From Tubiluchus corallicola (taxonomy: Eukaryota > Animalia > Priapulida), in NCBI GenBank assembly GCA_030141605.1, contig JAQGDQ010000525.1, positions 62,985-126,984 on the forward strand: DNA of 64,000 nucleotides, given 5' to 3'. Of the stretch, positions 54,308 to 64,000 are shown in pieces. The position numbers and the translations under genes are program-made. Positions within the stretch are counted from its first letter, which is position 1. Each line of letters starts with the position of its first letter. The notes beneath the pieces are model-generated. The model saw nothing but the letters and a program-made list of their open reading frames with translations, made no database searches and was not told the origin of the DNA.

Positions 54308-57300
54308 ATGCAAAATATAAACAATGGTAAAAAAGTTAAAAACAATAAAAAACGAAAAAAAGGAAAACGACAAATAAACTTTGTGCTAGGATTTCATAAT
54401 GTACAGGGTTTAATTAAACAAAATAAGCAAATAGAAATGGTTGAGTGGTTAATAGAAAAAAACATAGATATTATGTTTACAGTGGAAACCTGGTTAAGAG
54501 ACGATGCAGTGTTGAGTAATATGCATCCCTACTCTTGTAAATCTATAAATCGAGAGGGTAACGCCAAAAAAGGAGGAGGTATAGGAGTTTTTTCAAAAGA
54601 AAGCTCAAAAAAGGATATAAAATATATAGAAATCGACCAAGCAGTAAAACGTGAAATTTGTTTCATAGAATGGAATGAATGGGTTTTTGGAGTTGTCTAG
54701 TTAGGTGTGAATAAAGAGGAAAACAAGTTGGAAAATATAAAAATTATGAGTGAAATTGGAAGAATATGTTTTGATAATAATAAAAAACATATTTTGATAC
54801 TCGGTGACTTCAATGCACATATACAAGAATTTGCTGGCGAAGATAATCAAAATGGCAAATTATTAACAAATTTATGCGAAATGTATGGATTATTGCTATT
54901 AAATAGTGTGTGGCCAAAGATGGATGATTTCACTTGGACGAACGGACGATATAGTTCAACCATTGACTATGCATTAGTGAATGATTCAGGTTTCCACTCA
55001 ATAAAAAACTGTGAAGTAGTATGGGAGAGTGGTGCGTGTTCGGATCATGCAGCTCTAGTGGTAAGCAGTATGGGAGAGTGGTGCGTGTTCGGATCATGCA
55101 GCTCTAGTGGTAAGCATCAAAACAAGGGGGTACATAAGCAGTAAATACAAAAAACTCCAGAATGAAAGAATAAGAAAGAAATGGAAATTTAATAAAGATA
55201 TTGATTGGGATCTGTTTCAGAATATGGTGGAAGAAAAGGCAGTTAAAGAGGAAAAAACGTTGTCTTCGATACTAGTAGAAGTAGCAGAGAAAGTAATAGG
55301 CAGGAGGACACCAAGGAAAGGAAAGAGGGGTAGAATAAATGCCCCGTGGTTCGATAAAGAGATTAGATTAGCAATAAAGCAAAGACGAGATGCAATAAAA
55401 AATTGGAGGAAAGCAAAAAAAACAAAATAGATTAGAGCATACAAGCTATTGGTGGAAAAAATACACAGTTTTTAAGCGAAAAACTAAAATACTGGTTGCA
55501 GAGAAAAGAACTACATGGGCAGCAAAATGGATGAAAGAAGTAGAGCAAGAAGATAGATATAAAAGAAAATTCTGGAGACACTTTAAAGACATAACAAAGA
55601 GTAAACAGGAATCTGAAAGTGGAGAAGAGAACTTATTTTTGATTTCTGACGAAGGTGAAAAAATAACTGAGGAAAATATAATTTCCCAAGAAATAATTAA
55701 GAAGTGGGGATCGCTTTTTCAGTTAAAAACGCATGCTCAGATACTAAGTAAAGAGATGGATAATAAGGATATGCCATTGAAAGATGTCGAACTTATGTAC
55801 ATGATCAGCGATGAAGAATTAGACAGAGCACTTATAAGTATAAAAAGTGGTAAAGCATATGGAGACGATGATGTAGCTGGAGAGTTTTTAATTGGTCTTA
55901 AAAGTAAAGCAAAACAAATATTAAAAAAAGAGCTCAACTCTGTCATTTTGACAAGAAGTATACCAGTATCATGGAAAACAGGAACAATTTCTCTCATTCA
56001 TAAAAAGGAAGAAAAAGAAAAGGTCGAAAATTATAGGCCTATAGCTATAATTTCAGTGGTCGGGAAATTGTTATCAAATATTTTAAAAACTAGGGTAGTA
56101 AAGGAACTAGAATTAAGAAATGTGGTTGCCGAAGAACAGAATGGATTTAGGATTGGCAGAAGGTTGGAGGATAACCTATGCATATTGACTCTTTTGAGAG
56201 AAATAGCTTCTATACAGGAACGAAGCCTTTGGGTGGTGATGTTAGACCTAGAAAAAGCCTATGATCGTGTCGACCAACAAAAACTGTGGCAAGTATTGAC
56301 ACATTTAGGTGCAGAGCAATCCTTTCTTGAATTTTGGAAATCATGGTACGATGGTTTTAATGTTAGATTTGTTTGGAGAAGTATCAAAACAGATAACGTA
56401 ACAGTAACGTCAGGTGTAAAACAGGGTGATCCTATGTCCTCTGTATTTTTCTCATTGTATATTAATAAAATGTTAAAAGAAATAAGTAGGTCAAAAAGAG
56501 GATACAAAATAGATGAAAATATAATAGTGAGCATATTAGCTTTTGCCGATGACACCGCGCTAATTACAGAATTTGAAGCGGATATGGTAGTGTTATTGAA
56601 GATTGCGAATGATCTTGGAAAAGAGTTTGGCATGAAATTTAGTGCGACCAAGTGTGCATCAATTCTTCTTAGTGGAGCTAATGCTAACACAGTCTTTAAG
56701 ATAGGTGACATACCTATACATGCAACAGAAAGAGAAAAATACCTAGGGGTAATTATAAGAGCCATAGAAGATGAACATAGCTGGAAAGAAAGAATACCAG
56801 ATATTAGAAGAACCATAGGTGCCGTAAAATTTGCGGCAATGCAATCAGAAGCAAGATTGGAAATAGGAAGAACAGGCTGGAAAGCAATTGTAGTCCCTAA
56901 AATAATGTTTGCTTGTGTGGGCAGAACATACAGCCAAAAGGAAGTTGATTGGTATAACAGCATTCAAGAAGAATTTGTAAGATGGCTCTGGAAAGCAAAA
57001 GGATGCAGTGGTGCTGCTATTAGAGGTGAGGCGGGTTTTTCATCCTTTGAAGAACGGGAAGCAAAGGCGCGACTAAAATTTTTTAAAAGAATTATATTTA
57101 TGACTGATAATCGGTTACTGAAAAAAGTGGTAATATGGGTAGTGACACACAGAATTCGATCGAAATGGCTGCAAAGAATCAGACATTTGGGGGATAAATT
57201 TGGGCTTCCGGTATTTGGCAATATTATGGCATTAGGGGAATTAAATGAGGTAGGTTTGAATAAAATTTATGATAAACATTTGGGTGAAAAAGCATGGGAT

Positions 57301-57735
57301 GTGCATATAGAGAAAACTATAGCTGAAACTGGATTAAAAATGTGGAATGAAAAATTAAGTAAATGTTCGACAGTAGAAAGATATAGAGACTGCAAAAGTT
57401 CTATATCATTTGAACCCAGGATGAATGATACATGGGGTGCAGAATTGCTTGTCAAAGCTAGGGTTGGCGCATTAGAAGTATTGGGAAATCCCTTGTATGC
57501 TTGTAAAGTAGGCTACTGCATAGAAAAAAGACTTTGTAAATGTGGTAATATTGAAACTGCAGAACACATAATATTAAGTTGTGAATTTTACACAGAGATG
57601 AGAAACAGAGTCCCTTGGCAAGGAGTAACTGATGAAGAGTGCTTGAGATGGTTGTTATTTGGAGAGGGAAAAATTTATGCAGTCTGCCTACTGAAGGACA
57701 TAATGGTTAGAAGAAGAGGCATAGTGAATCATTAG
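54308..57735 (+). pseudogene. LINE ORF2 (AP endonuclease, reverse transcriptase, C-terminal zinc knuckle), disrupted
   Basis: APE motifs HNVQG, VETW, GGGI, LGDFNAH, IDY, SDH; RT motifs NYRPI, EQNGFR, LDLEKAYD, GVKQGDPMS, FADD, KYLG; CKCGNIETAEHIILSC. Stops at 54698 and 55428, a 49-bp duplication frameshift and a further frameshift near 55470. Confidence 0.9.
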
Positions 57736-58682
57736 AGCTTGCATATGTGTGCGCCTTAGCATTTTCGGGTAGTAATCATATTATGTTAAAAAGCCTAGTA
57801 GTACAATATACATTGCTACTTGCCCTGTTATAAAAGGGATTTAGGCACCGGATGGATGGATGGATGGACCTACTTCTGCTTCTTCCACGACCACGAACAG
57901 TATTTATATTCACGTGCTGGTCTGCACTATTAATTGGTGTGTACAACACACGAGACTGTTGTTGTTGCACAAATAACTGCACCCTTTTAATAATTTTGTC
58001 TAAGTTCAAATCTTCGCTCCACAGTTTTTCTCTTAACTTTGGGTCTCTTACACCATTGCTAATTGCAACACATAATCGGTCATTTAATTCATCACCAAAT
58101 TCGCAATTGACAGCTATGTCTTTAAATGCAGTAATAAATTCAGCAATACTCTCATACTGACCTTGTTTTCTCTACTGAAATTGTGTAATGTACCCTTTAC
58201 GTAATTTTCGTCGTTCGAAATAATTGTCATATTTAGCGGTAACTGCTGTATATTCAGACTTTTCTTCGTCTGTGAAGTCCAAATTGTTGAAAACTTTTTG
58301 ATATTCCTTGCCCATTGCGTTCAGTAACAACGCAACTTTCTGTTCATTCTGCTTACCAGCGGCTGTCATGAACACGTTGAATTCGGCTTTAAATTCTTTC
58401 CTGTCCTGGGCGAGGTTCACTTTATCCGTGGAAAATTTTGGTGGCTTTAGATTCTCCATATTCTATTTACTTTGTTTTCACTAAATTTATACTTCTGACA
58501 CCATGTTTTATGTTGATGTACCTGGATTTCTAGTAGAAATAACGAAATACAGTACACCATTATACTGTATGCATTATGCGTGTTACCGAACTACTTTATT
58601 TACAATGCGTTCTGACGCATTAATACATAACAATAACAACACAAGAACGACGCACTCAATTATGAACTTGGAAACATCTTGG

Positions 58683-61600
58683 TAAATAACTATGGAAGTT
58701 TTTGCTGAATCAATCAAAGTGGTTTATTTATGATATTGCAGCAATGATCAGGCTGAAATAACAACAACAAAATAATTACATATAATACTGCCATACCGCA
58801 TAAGTACAAATATAAATGTTTCGAATTATACTAATTTAAGCATTGTTCCTTTAATCACAAAAGTATAACTGCAAATAATATACCGTTCTAAATGTTAAAC
58901 ATCTGCTCGACACTGCATGGAGTTCTTATCGTTAAATGTGTTAAGAATTGCCTCCTGGCAAACAGCAATACGGGTGCTCTTCATATGCTGAAATCTTCAA
59001 GATCCTCTATCCCCCCCCCTAAGTCTTGGACGGAGGTAGCATACGTCGAAGACTGATAACTGACCAAATTACCAGACATATCAAAGTCTTTGTGCCACTG
59101 AGGAGTTGTCCTCTGCCGAGTTGAACGACGTAGTGGTATAACTGGGTTGGGTGGAGCTGATGCAGTCGAAGAAGGGTCAATGGACTTATCAACTGGTTTG
59201 GAATTGTCTGGTATGGTAGTTAGTGGAATATGTGAGGGTGTGCTGAGGTTAGGGAGAGGGTCCTCTGGTCCAACAGGTTTGTCTGTTTGTTCGAAATCCA
59301 TGTGTTTGGGTGACTGTAAGGTTGAATTATTAGGGCGTTGGTTTGTTTTAGGTGGCAAAGTGGTTGATGTTGAAGGTTTCTCAACTGGTAAGCATCTGTC
59401 ATTGTAAGCAAGGTCAGTATCAATAGAGATACTGGGGCGTGGTGGATGAATTGGTTCATATTTCCGAAGAAAACGTCTATTCCGAAGTGTTACTCGGCCC
59501 GAGCCATCCACCTTGATGACATATTGACGGACTTCAATGACTATACCAGACTTGTCCCATTTGGTAGGATGTTTCCCAGTCTGATTTTGTAAATGTACCT
59601 TGTCACCAACAACTAGTGGGGGTAAGCGTTTTGTATTTTCAGTCCACCGTTCCGATGCTTTCATGTGTCTGTTACGCAGGGCTTCTTCTCGGGCCAGTAG
59701 TGATTCCTGCCAAGTGTTATGAGGTTGGTAGCGACCGGGTATTATAGGGATGAAATCTCGTATAGTGCGGCCGAACAGACACTGGGCAGGTGAGAGTTTG
59801 GTATCTCTGTCTGGGCAGTTTCTGTACTGCAGGATTGCTCGTTGAAACAAGTCTGTATTAAGGTCTCCCTGGGGGCCAGTATTATTCATAATCATGCGCT
59901 TAATGGTCTTAACACCTAATTCGGCTCTACAATTGCTGTGAGGAAAGGCAACCGAAGAGAGACGATGATGGACACCCCAGTCTGAAAAAAACTGGCGTGT
60001 TTGGAATGAAATAAATTCTGGGCCACCATCTGAGGCCAGTTCTTCAGCAATGCCGTAAGTGACAAAAACTCGGCGGAGGCAAGCAATGAGACCAGTGGCC
60101 CCAATTGGAGAACGTTCGACAATGGGCCAGTTGGAATAACGGTCAACAACAACGAGGTAGTAGACGCCCTTGTAATGAAAGAAGTCAGTGCAGATGCACT
60201 GAAATGGGTATACCGGCAAAACTGGGGGAACGGGCGGTGCTGCCGGTTGTGAGGGTGCAATACGGTTGCATTCTTGGCAACGACTTCGAAGTGCCGATAT
60301 GGCTGTCGTTATGCCTGGCCAGAATACTGATGATTCTGCACGAGAAATCATGGATGAGACCCCTTGGTGTGCTGCATGGAGTGATGAAAGCACAGTGTCA
60401 CGTAGGCATGGGGGAATAACGATGCGCTCTTTATAGAGAATAACACCATCGATGGTGTGGAGGTGTTCCCTGAACTGGTAATACTCACGTATTGGAGCTG
60501 GGAACTCCTGACGTGCTTCTGGCACGTTAGTTTCTATGATGTCTCTTAATAAGTTCATGGTGGTGTCACTTGTTGTAGCAACTCGGACCATATCCCATGT
60601 CACTGATTTGAAGTTTGCAAGCTTTGTGGCAGCTGAACATATTAAGGATGTCTCAAAGGAATCTGAAGGCGTTTCCTGACAACGAATACCTTCCAAAAAG
60701 AAAGTAGGTAGGTTTGGCAAGGTAATATTAGTGTCCTGTCGAATTGTGGCAATGTCGTCAGGCAAAGGCATATCACCAGCATGGCCAGGGCAAGACGGGT
60801 GTTGAGAGATGCCATCTGCAGCTCGATGTTTTGCTCCAGGGACATGTATGACCTGGAATTTGAAACGGAGCGTCTTTTCCTTCAGATTCCTAAGGCGAGG
60901 GTTGGGCATGTCATCAAGGGATCTGTTGCTGAAGATCTTGAGCAATGGTTTGTGGTCCACTGCAATAGTCAGGTTTGTACAACCCAGGACAAAGTACCTA
61001 GCTTTTTGAAGGGCATCTGCCACTGCTAGGGCTTCACCTTCAATTGGGGCATATCGCGATTCTGCTGGTGTGGTGAATCAGCTACCCACAAGAGCGATTT
61101 TCCACCCAGTACGGCAACAAAAAGGAGCTGATTTGGGGCATTTGCAGTGTTTTTGCAGCAGCCAGAAGCCAATGCCTGATTTTGACCAATCAGTGGCCAA
61201 GCATGTCGGCCGTGTTTTATCGAAAATTCGAACACCGTCTTCTATTTCCTGAACAATGAGTGCCTTGGACTCATTAAATATCTCATCTAGTTGTGCATGC
61301 CATGTGAATGGGGTCCCGGGTTTCAGGAGTGCACGGAATGGAAGCATTCGGTCAGCCATACTGAAAGCATAACTAACTTGGTTTATTACGCCAAACCAGG
61401 ATCGAACATCAGTGATGTTTTTTGGAGTGGGAAATTTTAGTATAGCTTCGAGATATCGCCGACAAGGGCGGACACTATTGGGTGTAATTTCAAATCCTGC
61501 AAATTCAACTGTGTCTTCAGCAAAGATGAACTTGTCAGGATTAAGAGTGATGCCGTGACGGCCACATATGTCAAGCCATTCTATTGCCTGGAAAAAGATT

Positions 61601-64000
61601 TCTTGGATTGTAGGTGACCGGAGGAGTGTGTCATCAATACATTTTGTGTGATGGGGTACGTGTGACACAATTTCGTCATAGCGTCTTGAGTAACCATCAC
61701 CCGAAGCAATGTAACCCTGAGGGGCTGTTTTGTAGCGATATCGGCCCCACGGAGTGATAAACGTAGTAAGATGGCGGTCCTCTGCACGGATTGGGACACT
61801 GTGGTAGCCATTCCAGGCATCAAGTACTGTTTTCTTCATGTTTGGGGGTACAGATCTTGCCTGCAGAAATGGTGACTGGGTGTGGTAGGTTTCTCTTGTG
61901 GCATGAACATTTAGGGCTTGAAAGTCAACAGTTCTGCGGGGTTGGCCATTTTTCTTGGGGCATACAATCATTCGATGGCACCAAGTGACAGGTTCGCCAA
62001 TGGGGACAGGTTCCAAGACTCCTAGGTGGACGTCGCGATCTATATCTGCTTTGACTTGTTTCTGCCAATGCAAGGCGACTGGGATGGGGTTGTGATGTGC
62101 CACGGGGGTGGCATCAGAATTCACCATGAGTTTCAAAGGGGCCCTTCCATAAGTGGGAGAGGTTGGTGCTCACATATGTTGAATGTGCTTGCCTTGTAAG
62201 TGTCGAGGAGGTACTGTCTCAGTTTTGGCAAATTTTCTTGCGTTGGTGAAAATGGCAGTTGGGAGGGTGGTGTAGGTGGCAGCTGTCGTCGTGGACAGTG
62301 GCACTCAGATGTCAAACCACTACTGTTTTGTTGGGGTTTGGATATGTCATGTGTCTCAGATGAAGTGCTGTTTGATGATGATATCTCTAGCGTGTTGCAC
62401 ACCTCACCAATCTTTGGAAAGCTTTCTGTGATCATTCCGAGTGCAATACAAGCTTCACGGCAAATGTATAATTTGTTTGAAGTATCGGTGACATATACGA
62501 TCTGCCTGGTTTCTAGTTGTTTGCCAGCCGTAGATGTACCAGTGAATCTTAGGATAGCAGCGCCAAGGATGTTAATTCCACGATCATTTGCAGCTTGCAT
62601 GCGCATGGTGACAGGTATGAGATGTTGCTCTGATATGCCTATGCGAGTGAGGATTTTAAGGCTGCACAAGCAACTCTGGCATCCGGTGTCTGCTATTGCT
62701 GAAATTATACAAGAATTTGGTTGTCTGCCACAGCGAAAACCAAGGGCTGTGTAGTCACTTGGGTTTATTGACATGCGCAGTGTAAGAAATGGTTGAGGCT
62801 TCGATGGTTGGCGTAGCCAACTATTACACATCTGGTCATATAGGTGATGACTAAGGGGAACTGTACGACGGCTATTTTTTTCATGTACGTGTGGTGTAAA
62901 TGAACACAATGTATCGAACACAGCTCCCTGTTCACCCAGTGAGGTGGATTGTTCACGACCTCTGTCACGGTCTGGAGCAGCATGTTTTGGCTTATTTCTA
63001 GATCTACATACCGGAGCGAAATGGTTTCTGCGACTGCAATATGTACAGGTTTTGCCGAAAGCTGGACATTTGTCCTGTCGTAATTTAAAATCAGAACCAC
63101 TTCCATGACCGTGCCTTCCACAGTGGCTGCATGGTTCGGATGTTTTATCTTTGGCTAGATTACTTGTTGTTCGTCTGTATGAGCTACGCACTGCTTCAGC
63201 ATTGTGGGTATCGAAGAGTTTTGAAGCAGATCGTTTTCCAGATTCTCTGCTTTCAATTAGCATTAATAATTCTTCGATTTCCATAACTTGATTTTTGTCA
63301 CCGAGAATGTCCAGTTGGATTTCTGGATCTGCGATGCCGCGTGTGATACAGTCACAAATTATTTCGTTGGTATAGCTGACACTGGTGTCGCACTCGGGAC
63401 ATTTCACTTCATAATTGCAGATGCTGGCTTGTCCTCGTAGACGGGCGCAGAATGCACGGATAGGTTCTTCACGGTCTTGTCGCATATCATGCAATGCTAC
63501 ACGAGCCACCATGGTGTTCTCAACGCGAACAGCGAGCTGTTTGATAGCATTAAGAACTACATCTTCTGCTTTGCCACTGAGACTGCCACCAGCAGAGCGA
63601 GTGAGATCTTTACGTAACGTTTCATCACAACATTCTAATAATTGAATTACTCTGTCTTTACCAGTGATACCAGTGGCATCTACGTATTCTTGCCAACGTG
63701 TGGTAAAATATGCCCATTCTTCGCTGGTACCGGCGGCAGATATAGTAGGCCTTTTCACTTTTTCAATTTTCGCAGTTGGAGCAGAATGTGCGGGTGGTGC
63801 CGCCTCTGTGTTCGTGGTGTGACTTCCACGATGTATTTGCAGGAGTTCGAGAACGATAGCCTCCGACAAGTCCTCTGTTGCATAATTGCAGCCAGTAATT
63901 GGGCATTGAACAATTGGCATTCTTCCGCCTGATCATAAATAACTATGGAAGTTTTTGCTGAATCAATCAAAGTGGTTTATTTATGATATTGCAGCAATGA
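58683..64000 (-). mobile_element. Ty3/gypsy (Mag-like) LTR retrotransposon B, near full length; 5' LTR runs off the window
   Basis: 3' LTR ~59009-58683 directly after a G9 polypurine tract (59011-59019); 63936-64000 is identical to 58683-58747; gag-PR 63920-62133, RT 62136-61078, RNaseH-IN to 58981. Confidence 0.95.
58981..63920 (-). pseudogene. Gag-PR-RT-RNaseH-IN polyprotein of element B with one frameshift and one nonsense codon
   Basis: N-terminal CPxxxC...H...H motif; knuckle CTYCSRRNHFAPVC; protease IADTG; RT LDAWNGYH, PWGRY, CIDD; RNase H TDWS, EALA, DHKPL; integrase HAAHQG..CQEC, CTDFF, SDGG, RAELG. Frameshift at ~62136; in-frame TGA at 61080-61078. Confidence 0.92.

Larger units (their letters stand above)
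52033..57868 (+). mobile_element. Full-length non-LTR retrotransposon (LINE), ~5.8 kb, inserted antisense into gag of element A
   Basis: ~460-bp 5'UTR, ORF1, APE-RT ORF2, (GGAT)n tail at 57850-57868; flanked by cct/cct, and removal rejoins gag as RGRGRSRSR-RFYRNAG. Confidence 0.92.
50529..58676 (-). mobile_element. Ty3/gypsy (Mag-like) LTR retrotransposon A, decayed, 3'-truncated in RT and split by a LINE
   Basis: LTR 58676-58504, PBS 58503-58491, gag from 58459, resuming after the LINE at ~52030 with knuckles CYSCGYSH...C and CNFC*RYNHFARVC; protease FKIDSA; RT (PWCSSLHVV, DPKDLNKA, LDANSRYFQ, FNTPFGRY, GISSAPE) stops just before the catalytic xxDD. Multiple stops and frameshifts. Confidence 0.88.

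Noticed and set aside
56259-56963. 234-aa minus-strand ORF and other antisense ORFs over the LINE and gypsy genes
   Set aside because: Shadows of the real coding strand; no motifs.
61078-61080. In-frame TGA in RNase H as readthrough or selenocysteine
   Set aside because: Falls where Arg is expected (GSRF); simplest explanation is CGA>TGA CpG deamination.
62125-62145. Programmed frameshift between gag-PR and RT of element B (ggg ccc ctt tga)
   Set aside because: Needs -1 but no in-frame X XXY YYZ heptamer is present; a 1-bp loss from the C run explains it better.

Overview
AT-rich, intron-containing DNA from an invertebrate animal (not prokaryotic); most short ORFs in the six-frame track are intronic noise. 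I reconstructed five host genes by hand: acyl-protein thioesterase LYPLA1/2 (+, 7 exons, 1432-14867), POP1 of RNase P/MRP (-, at least 9 exons, with a long repeat-bearing N-terminal extension), the 37-aa OST4 (+, 33246-33359, below the ORF track cutoff), SPO11 (+, 11 exons, 398 aa) and a probably GPI-anchored LRR protein (-). Introns carry hAT and Tigger/pogo MITEs, CR1-like fragments and two long hairpins. The last 14.6 kb is a nested retroelement cluster: a tRNA-Leu-primed Ty3/gypsy element whose 5' end is present twice in inverted orientation, a hAT MITE in one LTR, a full-length LINE with a PHD + 2xCCCH ORF1, and a second gypsy element. Two top observations: (1) the second gypsy element has no tRNA-type PBS and instead shows a Tf1-like self-priming signature, with apparent TA...TA LTR ends; (2) SPO11 intron 6 looks like a U12-type minor intron with a non-canonical GA-AG boundary. 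All coordinates and homology calls were made by eye and from memory of the families, with no database search.
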